Below, one piece after another: positions 21,443 through 32,600 of a stretch of 64,000 bases of DNA. The first letter of the stretch is position 1. Each line of letters begins with the position of its first letter. The position numbers and the translations under genes are program-made. Origin of the DNA: Leptolyngbyaceae cyanobacterium (GTDB taxonomy: Bacteria; Cyanobacteriota; Cyanobacteriia; Phormidesmidales; Phormidesmidaceae); assembly GCA_965263355.1 (NCBI GenBank), contig CBDHHL010000032.1:2432001-2496000 (forward strand), in the 5' to 3' direction. The notes below the pieces were generated by a model that made no database searches, had not been told where the DNA came from, and saw only the letters and a program-made list of their open reading frames with translations.

Positions 21443-22831
21443 CTACAAGCGCGCAGGTAAACGTTTGAGACGATGCTCAAACCATAGTCCTGCCATAATG
21501 ACTCCGATGCCACAGAGGGTGAGGACGAGAGCTTTTAACATTAAGCTTGTGTTGTATTCAAAGAAACGGCTAAGGAGGCCCAACACTAACAAGCCCATGC
21601 CTCCCCAAAAGGTGCGCCGTTCCCCCAATGCCAAACTATCTCGTAAAAGCGCCAGCGCTAACAAGAACAACATGGCATTGCACAAACTGGTGGCAATGAT
21701 AGGGATCCCCTCCAGGGCTATGTGGAGCGTTAATATGCCAGTAGAAACGATGAGGATAAGGGCGATCGCAACTGTATTGACAGATTTTTCTTGCCAGCGG
21801 GTCCAATTTTTCAGCTGGTGACGTAACCGCAGCCAACCCAGTCCAGTAAACACGCTAATAACCAGACTGTTGACAAACCACCAGGACGGTTCAGTAAATA
21901 GTCTATCGGGAACCAAGTGTGGGTTATCCCAAATTGCCTTAAATGAACAGACATAAAGCATCAGGCTCAGCAGCCAAACCGTGAGGCTACGGGCAATCGC
22001 TTGCAATGGATCGGGTTGGGTGTTGCTAGAACGGGGGGTAAATCTCCATATTTCTCGATCATAGGCCCAGAGGCAGGCAGCCGGGAGGAGAAAAGAAAGC
22101 GTAAGCAGCCCGTTTTCAAAATCAATTAACAGGTTTAAGGTAAATGCGATCGCAAACCCCAGACCAGCTAGGACAAACACCACCCGCGACCGACACCAGT
22201 AGGCCAGGGGCACAAACAATCCCCCTACTATCAGTGGCATTAGCTTCATTAGCGTCTCTAGCCAGCTGGTCTCCGCTGAAAATAAACCAGAAACTGCCCA
22301 CGAACCGTAACTAATTGCCATCAAGCCCCAAGCCAACACCCCTAGAGATGTGAGCCTGAGACTATAGGCCATTAACGTCACCCCTATTCCCCAGAAAAAG
22401 TAGAGCCCATAGGCTGGACCACTCTGGTGAAACATCTGTGACATCAGCGCCATATTTGCCCCTAGGGACAATGCCCCTGTCAACAAAAGAGCGTGGCCTA
22501 GCCGCTGTAACCCTTTTTTGTTGACGGGTCTACGCCAAAGATAAAACCCCGCTGCATTGACCCCGACAAACAGCGCCATAAGCAAGCAAACTCGAAAACT
22601 GCGAGACCACACCTGCCAGTTAGCTGCCACAAAAGTAATCAGCCCTAACCCCAGCAAGATGCCGCCCAGACCCAACAAAATAGCCACAAATTGATTTTGA
22701 GCGTCCGGTTCAATCTCACGAAATTTATAGCGCTCAGATAGTTGCTCGTAGATATCTACTGTGATCACGCCTTCTTGCCACCATTGCTCTGCTTCTTTGC
22801 GAAGCTGTCGACGAAACTTAGACATAGCCAC
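21443..22831 (-). CDS. DUF2157-domain membrane protein
   Basis: WWQEGVIT, LGGILLGLGLITFVAANWQ and GANMALMSQMFH; many TM helices. Confidence 0.88.
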   Translation of the reverse strand: MAMSKFRRQLRKEAEQWWQEGVITVDIYEQLSERYKFREIEPDAQNQFVAILLGLGGILLGLGLITFVAANWQVWSRSFRVCLLMALFVGVNAAGFYLWRRPVNKKGLQRLGHALLLTGALSLGANMALMSQMFHQSGPAYGLYFFWGIGVTLMAYSLRLTSLGVLAWGLMAISYGSWAVSGLFSAETSWLETLMKLMPLIVGGLFVPLAYWCRSRVVFVLAGLGFAIAFTLNLLIDFENGLLTLSFLLPAACLWAYDREIWRFTPRSSNTQPDPLQAIARSLTVWLLSLMLYVCSFKAIWDNPHLVPDRLFTEPSWWFVNSLVISVFTGLGWLRLRHQLKNWTRWQEKSVNTVAIALILIVSTGILTLHIALEGIPIIATSLCNAMLFLLALALLRDSLALGERRTFWGGMGLLVLGLLSRFFEYNTSLMLKALVLTLCGIGVIMAGLWFEHRLKRLPARL

Positions 22832-23179
22832 TACTGGACGAAAAAATTATTTGTCTATGCCACCATTTTGGCCATGACGCCTGTGAATACTCAATGAGTA
22901 TGCTGTAGCCAACTGAACTAGCTGCGGTGGATCAGGTATGACACGAAGTAAAGCGAATTTAACCGAAGTAAAGCGAAGTAGATATTGCAACCATCGACGG
23001 ATGCATAGGGAAATAGACGATTAAGATGTCTTTAAATCTAAAGGAATACCCATAGAAATGAGAGCTTAGCAAATGGGTAAAACATACTTATCGGCGTAGG
23101 CATGTATAAGCCCGTTGAACATCATCCGATGGATTGATGGGCAAGTTGACCAACGTTACGGTTTACAAGGTTATAGTCC

Positions 23180-24069
23180 ATGGAATTCAAGCAGCTTATC
23201 CTTTTAGGACCGCCTGGCATTGGGGTTAAGGAGCAAGCCATACATTATCCCAACGCTGGCATATTCCCTATGTGTCCATGGGGCAGTTAGTGTATAGTGC
23301 CATCGCTCAGGGATCGACCATTGGTCTGGAGATTCAATCCTATGTGGATGCTGGAGAGCTGATTCCAGATGCATTGGCGATAAAGCTGCTCCGGCAGCGA
23401 TTTGAACAGCCAGATGTCATGTTAAAGGGCTGGGTTTTAGAGGGGTTTCCCCGTACTGTAGCTCAGGCTCAATGGCTTAATGAATGGTTATCGAAAGTTG
23501 GTCAACCTGTGGCGAAGGTTGCTCATCTAAAGGCAATGACTGGGCTATTAATTAATCGACTGGCGACGGCGGCAGGGCCAGATATGTCTGTTTCAGCTAT
23601 TCGTCGTCGTTTGACCCTCCACCAAGAAGAGACGTTGCCGTTACTTGATTACTATCAACAGCAAGAACAACTAACAACAATTAACGCCAGCCTATCTGTT
23701 GTTGAGATCACCCAGGCTTTGTCTGCGTTGTTTGAGGCGGAGACGGGGGCAGCCCGCTTTATTAGAGACGAATCAGAACTGAATTCTCTTTTGGCTAAGG
23801 AATCGCTGTTGGTGGTGGATTGTATGGCGTCCTGGTGTGGGTCTTGCAAGTTGGTAACGCCGCTGATCGATCAGCTGGCAGATGCATATAAAGATCGCGT
23901 CAATGTAATGAAGATAGATTTTGATGCGAATAAGCAGGTACCCAAGCGATTTGGATTAACGGGAATGCCAGCGGTGATGTTCTTTAAAGATGGTGAACTG
24001 ATGGAAACACTAACAGGAGTAAAGCCCTATCAAGCATACAATGCTGCTCTAACACGTTTTCTGGAATGA
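23180..24069 (+). pseudogene. Adenylate-kinase-like domain fused to thioredoxin; 1-base frameshift near 23243
   Basis: ATG at 23180 gives MEFKQLILLGPPGIGVKEQA and continues in another frame as LSQRWHIPYVSMGQL into the 23272 ORF (GELIPD, EGFPRT); C-terminal Trx domain ASWCGSC. Confidence 0.8.
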
Positions 24070-24222
24070 TGACCTAATTTTCTAAAAGCTTTACTGAATG
24101 TCCATACCATAGCTAAAACCATAAACTTAATTTTTCACCAGCCCTTAGATAGTTTTAACCACTGATAAGTCACTTGAGGTATACCATTGCGGAAAAGCCC
24201 TAATGGTTTATGAGGATTTATC

Positions 24223-24732
24223 ATGACAATTTCCATGTATCAAGCCTTGGTACCTTCACTGATTCGTGCGCTTAAGAACCTAATCGGCATTCTGGAAAAA
24301 GGGGCAGCCTATGCGGACGCTAAAAGTATTGATCCAACGGTTTTGCTCAATAGCCGACTGTATCCCGACATGTTTCCCTTATCCCGCCAGGTCCAGATTG
24401 TCTCTGACCTATCTAGACGTGGTGTAGCCAGACTAGCAGGGGTTGAAGCACCCAAGATGGAAGATACAGAAACCACCATTCCTGAACTGATTGACCGATT
24501 ACAACAGTCCATTGCCTACGTAGAAACCTTTACCGCTGACCAAATTGATGGCACAGAGGAAAAAGTCCTGACCATGCCTATTGGCAGAGGCGAAACCATG
24601 GATATTGAAGGATGGTCGTTTCTTTCATTCTTTGTTTTACCCAATGTTTATTTTCATCTGACAACGGCTTATGACATTCTCCGACACAATGGTGTAGAAC
24701 TTGGTAAGCGAGATTACCTAGGGCAACCGTAG
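24223..24732 (+). CDS. DUF1993-family protein
   Basis: RLYPDMFPLSRQVQ, ARLAG and PNVYFHLTTAYDILRHNGVELGKRDYLG; AGGA RBS upstream. Confidence 0.92.
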   Translation: MTISMYQALVPSLIRALKNLIGILEKGAAYADAKSIDPTVLLNSRLYPDMFPLSRQVQIVSDLSRRGVARLAGVEAPKMEDTETTIPELIDRLQQSIAYVETFTADQIDGTEEKVLTMPIGRGETMDIEGWSFLSFFVLPNVYFHLTTAYDILRHNGVELGKRDYLGQP

Positions 24733-24896
24733 GAAGCTCCTCCTAGACCTACCTTCAAGTTTTAGGTAAACCCAACTAATTATTAGGGCAATCCACCCCC
24801 CACAGCAAAGTCGTGTAAACGCTATCCTATTGCTTAAAGGGGGACACTAAAACCCTTCATAGTTGCAACAGAAAACATCTTTTTCAGGAGCACACA

Positions 24897-25508
24897 ATGC
24901 TGGACTCTCTCCTCGATTTGCTGCAGCAGATCGATCTATCCGCCCTCGGCGACATCAGCGAACTTGACTGGGCCAACATTGCCACCTACGGTGCCCTAAT
25001 CGTTGCCTTCGTAGGCATCATCTGGACCGCAGCCAAAAATTTCTTAAAAATACTATGGCAGAAAACTGAAGGATTTATCGGATTTATCGTCAGTACCCTG
25101 GTTGTTATTTCCCTGTGGTACACCCTCTTAAGGGTCCATATCAGTATCTCTTTTAATCTAGATAAAGAAGTTTTTGACAATCTCCTCTGGTTTTCCGCTA
25201 TTCTGTTCACACCCTACTATTTAATTCATTACAACCTGCTCAAAGGGGTTGTACTCACTATCGTCAGAAGTGTAGAACTATTGCTTGATCTACTTGTTTT
25301 CTCTTGGTTCACTGACAAAGCTGAGCAGAACCGCCAAAAATGGCGCACCCGCATAGGTAACGTATACACCACTTGGAAAACCAACTTTGAAGACATTTTC
25401 CAGAGAGGCGTTATGGTAGAGCAAGACTCGTCAGTATCATCTAATCTAAACTCTGCCGTAGACTTAGAAACTGAAACAGAAGAATTAGAGGAGCAAGCTT
25501 CGGCTTAG
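24897..25508 (+). CDS. Hypothetical membrane protein
   Basis: 203-aa ORF with CAGGAG RBS, 3-4 hydrophobic segments and an acidic tail. Confidence 0.7.
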   Translation: MLDSLLDLLQQIDLSALGDISELDWANIATYGALIVAFVGIIWTAAKNFLKILWQKTEGFIGFIVSTLVVISLWYTLLRVHISISFNLDKEVFDNLLWFSAILFTPYYLIHYNLLKGVVLTIVRSVELLLDLLVFSWFTDKAEQNRQKWRTRIGNVYTTWKTNFEDIFQRGVMVEQDSSVSSNLNSAVDLETETEELEEQASA

Positions 25509-25530
25509 GAGCATTGGCGATTGACAGTTC

Positions 25531-25662
25531 GGCTTTCAGGATTTGTTCTGCTCTACGTTCTAATGTTGAAAATGTGGGTGAGTACGGTTGTTGCTCACCC
25601 ATAAATGTTTGTTCCTGATACCCATCATCCACAAGCTCATAGCGAGTATCCGTACCATCGTT
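25531..25662 (-). pseudogene. Uma2 (DUF820) endonuclease remnant with internal deletion
   Basis: N-terminal motif DGTDTRYELVD joined directly to C-terminal motif GYQEQTFMGEQ...SPTF...AEQILKA. Confidence 0.6.
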
Positions 25663-25779
25663 ACACCCATTTGGATACAAGAAATTAAGCTTCACAACCG
25701 ATCTTGATGTCAAGCATCTGCTACCCCAATCTCAGTGATAGCCTGGAGTCGCTGACAGAACTCTGCCGGAGATATATCA

Positions 25780-28026
25780 ATGGACAAGCGCGATCCAGCC
25801 AATCCACCAAATCAGGAACACCCAAGCCAGGCCATTGGTGGTGGCTTACCCCTGATCCAACAGTGGGCCACCTACACCCTCAGTTCCCAAGGTCCTAAAC
25901 TCTGGCAAACGCTGTTTCACAAAAGTGCCTGTCTCTCCTGTGCCTGGGGTACGGGTGGTCAAAAAGGGGGATTTAGCAACGAGTTAGAAGAACCCCTCCA
26001 GCGCTGTGCCAAAAGTGTAGAAGCGATTAAGGCAGAACTGCAGCCTGCGGTCAAACCCCACATTTTTCAACACCAAACCCTGATACAGCTGCAACAGCTT
26101 ACCTCCCACGCAGCTGATCGCTTAGGTCGATTGAGTACCCCGCTGATCTTACGCTCCGGGCAATCCCACTATCAACCCATTGCCTGGGATGATGTTTATG
26201 AACTGGTAGAAACTGCATTTCGTCGCTCCCCCGAACGGGTTGCTTCCTATAGCTCTGGTCGCTCTTCTAACGAGGCGGCTTTTCTATTACAATTAATGCT
26301 GCGGGCCATGGGCTCCAACAATCTGGCCGATTGTTCTGATCTGTGTCATCGAGCCTCTGCTGTGGGGTTAAAAGCGGTTTTTGGTACGGGGACCTCTCTG
26401 GTGAGTCTGGCCAGCCTAAAGCAAGCCGACTGTGTGGTGCTGATTGGTTCTAATGCTCCGGCGAATCATCCCCGTCTGATGAATGAGCTGATTAAACTAC
26501 GGGATGAGCGCAATGGCAAGGTGATTATTATCAACCCTGTCAAGGAAGTGGGTCTAGTGAAATTTGGCTCCCCTGCTTTTCCCTTAAAATCACTGGTTCC
26601 TGGTACAGACATTGCATCTTTATTTCTACAGCCCATCCCTGGGAGTGATTTAGCCCTGCTAGTCGGTATTCAAAAATCTCTTATTGATCGTGACTTAATT
26701 GATGTTCCCTTTCTCCAGGCGCACACTGAAAATTGGGAGGCGGTGCTTGATCAAGCTAAGGCGACCTCCTGGGAACAGATTGTCACCACCTGTGGTGTTT
26801 CCCAAGCAGAGATTGAAGCTGCGGCCACGATCATCAGCCAGTCGTCACGGGTAGTATTTGCCTGGGCCATGGGTATCACCCAACAGGTCAATGGAGTGGA
26901 GAGTATCTTTGCCATTGCTAACACCGCCTTGATCACTGGTAATGCCGGTAAACTTGGTGCAGGCTTGATGCCCATTCGCGGTCATTCTAATGTGCAGGGG
27001 TTTGGCTCCATGGGGGTGACCAACAATTTAAAGGATGAGATTCGTCTGGCCTTAGAAAAGGTGTTGGGAAAGTCTCTTAATCGGGTGCCGGGTTATGATG
27101 CGCGTTCTTTGATGGATGCTGCCGATGCAGGCAAAGTGGACACTCTCCTCTGTTTAGGTGGCAATTTCTATGGGGCAAATCCTGATTTACATCAAGCGAA
27201 ACGTGCCCTGGCTCAAATTGATACCATTATCTACCTGGCCACCAAGCCGAATCTTGGTCACTTCCATGGTCTAGCTCGCAAAAACACGTTGATTATTCCG
27301 GTCTATGCCCGGTTTGAAAATCCCCACAAGACAACGGTTGAATCTGGCAACAACTTTGTTCGGCTGAATGATCCAGGTAAAACCCATTTACAGAATGCTG
27401 ACCTGGTGGCGGAAATTGATTTTATTACGGAGCTGGCCTACCGACTCTTTGGGGATACTCCAGTGGACTGGCGAAAGCTTAAGGATACGCACTATGTCCG
27501 ACAGCTGATTGCTCAGACGATTCCGGGATATGGTGCGATCGCAACCATTGACCAAACCAACCAAGAATTCACCATCGCTGGCCGCATCTTCACCGAACCC
27601 AATTTCCCCACCCCTTCAGGCAAAGCCCAAATGCAGCTCACACCACTGCCAACCCTCTCCCTGCCCCAACCTCAAGACTTCGATGGACCGGATCAGGGCA
27701 TTGTCGTTGCCCTAATTACCGGGCGTAGCTATGGTCAGCACAATACTGTGGTCTATCGCACAGAAGACCGCTATCGCGGCATGCCCCACCGTCACTGCAT
27801 TTTGATGAATCCTGACGATGTGGCCCAGGCTGGATTTTCGGATCATCAGCGGGTCACCGTTCAGGGGGATGCGGACAAACTAGAAAATATCGAAATTATC
27901 TGTGGTGCCGTTCGACGGGGGGCAGCGCTAATGTTTTACCCTGAAGCGAATGTGTTGATGAAGGCCAGAGTAGACGAAAAATCAAAAACTCCCGCCTACA
28001 AACGAGTCCCAGTTCTGGTGTATTAG
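25780..28026 (+). CDS. FdhF/YdeP-family molybdopterin oxidoreductase
   Basis: CLSCAWG, YSSGRSSNEAAF, NNLADCSDLCH, NHPRLM, PIRGHSNVQG and C-terminal GRSYGQHNT molybdopterin-binding domain. Confidence 0.92.
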   Translation: MDKRDPANPPNQEHPSQAIGGGLPLIQQWATYTLSSQGPKLWQTLFHKSACLSCAWGTGGQKGGFSNELEEPLQRCAKSVEAIKAELQPAVKPHIFQHQTLIQLQQLTSHAADRLGRLSTPLILRSGQSHYQPIAWDDVYELVETAFRRSPERVASYSSGRSSNEAAFLLQLMLRAMGSNNLADCSDLCHRASAVGLKAVFGTGTSLVSLASLKQADCVVLIGSNAPANHPRLMNELIKLRDERNGKVIIINPVKEVGLVKFGSPAFPLKSLVPGTDIASLFLQPIPGSDLALLVGIQKSLIDRDLIDVPFLQAHTENWEAVLDQAKATSWEQIVTTCGVSQAEIEAAATIISQSSRVVFAWAMGITQQVNGVESIFAIANTALITGNAGKLGAGLMPIRGHSNVQGFGSMGVTNNLKDEIRLALEKVLGKSLNRVPGYDARSLMDAADAGKVDTLLCLGGNFYGANPDLHQAKRALAQIDTIIYLATKPNLGHFHGLARKNTLIIPVYARFENPHKTTVESGNNFVRLNDPGKTHLQNADLVAEIDFITELAYRLFGDTPVDWRKLKDTHYVRQLIAQTIPGYGAIATIDQTNQEFTIAGRIFTEPNFPTPSGKAQMQLTPLPTLSLPQPQDFDGPDQGIVVALITGRSYGQHNTVVYRTEDRYRGMPHRHCILMNPDDVAQAGFSDHQRVTVQGDADKLENIEIICGAVRRGAALMFYPEANVLMKARVDEKSKTPAYKRVPVLVY

Positions 28027-28109
28027 CCCTGATTGTTGCTTACCCATGGGTAGGCAGTTATTCGGGGCGGGGTTTACCATGGAAACCATTTGGGCTGTTA
28101 CTGGTAAAC

Positions 28110-28724
28110 TTGATGTTGAGACCATGGTTTAGTCGCCGCACCATTGTACGAATGTTTCCTGCAACGCTGATAGCATTTGTATCAGTGACCTGCAGTCGGG
28201 CGTTTAAAGATACGACTAATCAATCTGCGCAAGCGTTGCAACCCACGCCCGCCTGTGGTGACGATGCCACAACTCCATCCCAAACTGAAGGACCGTTCTA
28301 CACACCGAACTCTCCACAACGAATGTCTTTGTTGGAACCTGGACTTGCTGGAACTCCGATAATTGTCACCGGTCAAGTATTGTCATCAAACTGTGGGCCC
28401 ATCGCAGGTGCTTTGGTAGATTTCTGGCACACTAATGAGCAAGGTGAATACGACAATAGCGGTTACACGTTTCGCGGCCATCAGTTTACAGATGCAGATG
28501 GACGCTACCAGATAGAGACCATCGTGCCAGGTATTTATCCTGGACGTACCCGCCATTTCCATGTAAAAGTCCAGGCACCGAATCAGCCTGTGCTCACCAC
28601 CCAGCTGTATTTTCCAGATGAACCCACCAATCAGAGAGATTTTCTGTTTAATCCAGTATTGTTAATGGTTGTGAATGATAAGGACGGCCTAAAAAAGGCC
28701 ACATTTAACTTTGTCCTAGCTTGA
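28110..28724 (+). CDS. Intradiol ring-cleavage dioxygenase-like protein, possibly Tat-exported
   Basis: EGPFY, WHTNEQGEY and PGIYPGRTRHFHVKV (Tyr/Tyr/His/His iron ligands), TTQLYF; N-terminal SRR plus hydrophobic segment. Confidence 0.88.
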   Translation: MMLRPWFSRRTIVRMFPATLIAFVSVTCSRAFKDTTNQSAQALQPTPACGDDATTPSQTEGPFYTPNSPQRMSLLEPGLAGTPIIVTGQVLSSNCGPIAGALVDFWHTNEQGEYDNSGYTFRGHQFTDADGRYQIETIVPGIYPGRTRHFHVKVQAPNQPVLTTQLYFPDEPTNQRDFLFNPVLLMVVNDKDGLKKATFNFVLA

Positions 28725-28784
28725 GGGACTTAAGACCGTAATCAAGTTTCATTGGGCTGTATTAACCCTTGTGCTAAATAGCCT

Positions 28785-29381
28785 GTGCGCATTATGAGTA
28801 GGTATAGCAAAAAGTGGTCTAGCCTCAAGATTGTTAGTGAAACGCCAGAACTGCTAATTTTGAAGACTCATCATGGTCACTCTGTGTGTGTTGGGCTAAT
28901 ACTAACGATTGCGGTACTTTTAGGAGTAGGTACACTTTTACTTGGCATCGTAATTGTCTACCTAGCCTTTACGACAGAACTCCAGATGTTGTTCCAGGTT
29001 CTCTGGATGATACTGTTTGGTACTTGCGCTATTTGCCTTGGAGGAATTGTTCCTGCAGTCGTTTTGAAACATTTTGCTACCTCGCAAACATGGACCTTTG
29101 ATCGCCATGAAAGAACCCTCTATCAAGTCCGCAAAAGCTTTTATCGGACCTATATTTCCAATTATCCCCTTGCAGACATTGTCCGAGTTTATGTCAATCA
29201 GCGCGATCAAGGGTCAGATGCTTCCTATCGCATCGGCTTTAAGGTCAGGCCAAAAACTCTCCCTAAGTTTCTGGACCGGTCCCCACATGCAAGGCCCAGA
29301 AACCCAAATGGTAGAGTACATTCAAGCCTTTTTATATGGTTAACGGGTATCCACTCAAGCCGGGAAATTCTGGTTAACTAG
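28785..29381 (+). CDS. Hypothetical membrane protein (2 TM), possibly frameshifted near 29240
   Basis: Two TM helices then WTFDR...YPLADI; an alternative C-terminus SGQKLSL...MVEYIQAFLYG ends at 29343 in another frame. Confidence 0.6.
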   Translation: MRIMSRYSKKWSSLKIVSETPELLILKTHHGHSVCVGLILTIAVLLGVGTLLLGIVIVYLAFTTELQMLFQVLWMILFGTCAICLGGIVPAVVLKHFATSQTWTFDRHERTLYQVRKSFYRTYISNYPLADIVRVYVNQRDQGSDASYRIGFKVRPKTLPKFLDRSPHARPRNPNGRVHSSLFIWLTGIHSSREILVN

Positions 29382-29484
29382 GAATCTAGAATCCAGGAGC
29401 CAGAATGGAGAAGGGATATGGCTTCTGGCTCCTGACTTCTGACATCTATCCTTGGGAAAACTTCCCGCTTTAAGTTGGCACCCT
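29381..29484. repeat. Partial copy of the MITE-like repeat at 10684-10852
   Basis: TTAAGTTGGCACCCT is 14/15 to the reverse complement of AGGGTGTCAACTTAA; shared internal GAC(A/G)TCTATCCTT(G/T)GGAAA; CAGGAGCCAGAA/TTCTGGCTCCTG inverted pair. Confidence 0.5.
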
Positions 29485-29625
29485 GGTTAATACCAAACCT
29501 TAATTCGTTAAACCCGATTGAAATAGGTAATTTCATAGGGGCTGCCTTATACCAGCCCAGTAAGGGCCTATTAGCCAGGATTGCGTATAAGGTGTTTCCT
29601 TAAAAGGCCATAATCACCAATGCCC

Positions 29626-32600
29626 CTAAAGCATCGCCAACCGCTCTCGTAATAGCGTTGCCTGGGTCTCCGCCTCAGCCAGAGAATCCCGTGCCTCTTG
29701 AACCACATGTTCAGGAGCCTTATCCACAAAGCCCTTGTTGCCCAAGCGACCATTAATTGCCTGAATCTCTCCTTCTACTTTAGCTAGAGATTTCTCCAAC
29801 TTCTGTTTCAAGGCATCCACATCCACCAAACCCGTTAAGGGTATTAGCACCTGTACTGTGCCAAATACCCCTGCAAACATCTGACGTGTATCGCGGATAC
29901 CAACAAGCTTTCTTTCTCCTTCTGCTTCAAACCCTGGAACAGTATCATCGTTACTAAAGGTTCCAACAATTTCATCCCATAACCCGCTTGTATTATCCCA
30001 AAGCTGTCGACGGTTGGAAGCTTTAAGCAGATAGCGACCACCAAACCAGGTGGTGTAACCCACACCAATCATCTGAAAGAATCTGCTCACTGGTGGCAAA
30101 GTGTTAATCCCAGCTGCAATTGCTGCCGCTAATCTGATACCCAGTGCCGTTAGCAGTAACAACAAGACCACAGATGCGGGCTTTCTCGCAGCATTGTACA
30201 TCTGCCCCAGATAACCCAGCGGATATTTTAGCAGGGTTTGTATGGCCTCTATCCCATCACCCCAATCTATTTCGGGTAGCTCATCAGTCTCAGATTTATC
30301 AGAGCTATCTACGTTCTCTTCATCAGCACTGCCTGTTGTTTCTTTATCATCCCAATCTATTTCGGGTAACTCGTTAGTTTCGTTAGACGCTACTACTGTT
30401 TCTGTTGTCTCATCAGATGCCTCCGCCTCGGATGCTTTATCTGTATCATCTACAGTATATGCAACCCCTAGCTGCTTTTCCGCAGGGTCCGTTACAGTGC
30501 CACCGATGGTCAATGTCTCAACTTTAGCCGCATCTTTCAAATAAGCCTGAGTTGCCTTAAGGATACGTTTTTCATTAGCATCATCAGTCGTGAGAATTGC
30601 CTCAATCTTGGCAGATGGCTTCACCCCCGCTGCTGCTCGCAGATTGCGAATAGTGCGAATAGTGCCAATCAACAGGTCAAAGTCTTTCTCTAACTCAGCA
30701 TCTACTAGTTCAGGGCGAACGGTGGGGTAGGACTGTATCGCCAGATAGCTAGTCTCATCAGCCTGGGTGAGCGTGTGCCATACTTCCTCAGTAATATGGG
30801 GGGTAAATGGGTGCAACAGTTTGAGAATGCCATCTAGCACCAAGGCCAGAGTCTGTTGTGCCACCAGCTTGGAATCCTCGTCTTTTCCATACAGACGGGG
30901 CTTTACCAATTCAATGTACCAGTCACAAAAGTCTCCCCAGATGAATTCATATAGCCCCTTGGCGGCTTCACCCATGCCATACTTATCGAGATATTCTCGG
31001 GTGTTCGTAGTGGTTTGATTAAACTTGGAGAGAATCCATTTGTCTGATAGTTCTAACTTGGCAGGGTCAGGTTCGCCCAAATCTGCCGGAGTTTTGCCAC
31101 CCAAGTTCATCATCACAAACCGGGAAGCGTTCCACAGCTTATTGGTAAAGTTACGGGATGCTTCTACCGAGGAGGATTCATCGGTTTTACGGTTGTAGTC
31201 CAATCGGATGTCCTGACCCGCTCCAGCCACCTCACGGATCAGGGTATAGCGTAGGGCGTCGGTACCGTACTTGTTGATCAACACCAGCGGGTCAATACCA
31301 TTGCCCTTGGACTTAGACATTTTCTGGTTTTTCTCGTCCCGCACCAGACCGTGGATATACACGGTTTCAAAGGGCATTTTGTCGGTGAAGTGACCTGCCA
31401 TCATGGTCATGCGGGCCACCCAGAAGAAAATAATGTCAAACCCGGTTACCAGAGTAGTCGTAGGGTAATAGGTCTGGAAGTCCTTAGCTGTCTCATCGGG
31501 CCAGCCCATGGTGGAGAAGGGCCATAGACCGGAGGAGAACCAGGTATCTAAGACATCAGGATCCTGTCTGAGTTGAACGTCATCCCCAAACTGTTCCTTC
31601 GCCTTGGTGTAGGCGTCTTCTTCTGATGCCGCCACAAAAAATGGGGTACTGTCAGTAATTTCCCCATTACTTTGGCTAACGGCATACCAGGCAGGAATCT
31701 GATGGCCCCACCACAGCTGGCGGGAGATACACCAGTCGCGCAGGTTTACGAGCCAGTCACGATAGACCTTAGTCCAGCGCTCAGGCACAAACTTAGGAGA
31801 CTGATGATTATCCAGGGCGTCCAGGGCATTGTCTGCCATGGGTCGGATTTTGACAAACCATTGGGTAGATAATAAGGGCTCTACAGGAACCTTGCCGCGA
31901 TCGCTATAGGGCACAGTATGTTGATAGTCTTCCACCCGCACCAGAGCAGCTACTTCATCCAGAGCAGCTACCACCTGCTTGCGAGCTTCAAAGCGGTCCA
32001 ACCCTTCAAATCGACCCGCATTTTCATTCATTGACCCATCTTTATTCATGATGGTGATCATGGGCAGATTGTGGCGCTCACCCATGGCAAAGTCATTGGG
32101 ATCGTGGGCAGGCGTTACCTTAACGCAGCCAGTACCAAATTCTTTGTCTACATAGCTATCAGCAATAATGGGAATTTCACGACCCACCAGTGGCAGGGTC
32201 AGGGTTTTGCCCACCATTTCCTGGTAGCGCTCGTCTTCTGGGTTAACGGCCACTGCCGTATCCCCCAGCATGGTTTCTGGGCGAGTGGTGGCCACTTCCA
32301 TATGGCCTGAACCATCGGTCATTGGATAGCGGAAATGCCAAAGGTTGCCATCGACGTCCTTATTTTCAACTTCGACATCGGATACAGCCGACTGGCTGGC
32401 TGGACACCAGTTGACCATGTAGTTGCCGCGATAGATCAGCCCTTCTTCATAGAGTTTGGTAAAGGCCTGGAGTACTGCTTTGGATAGGCCTTCATCCATG
32501 GTGAATCGCTCGCGGGTCCAGTCCACAGAAACGCCTAGTTTGCGTAGCTGGTTAACGATGGTGCCACCGGACTCGGCCTTCCATTCCCAAGCCCGCTCCA

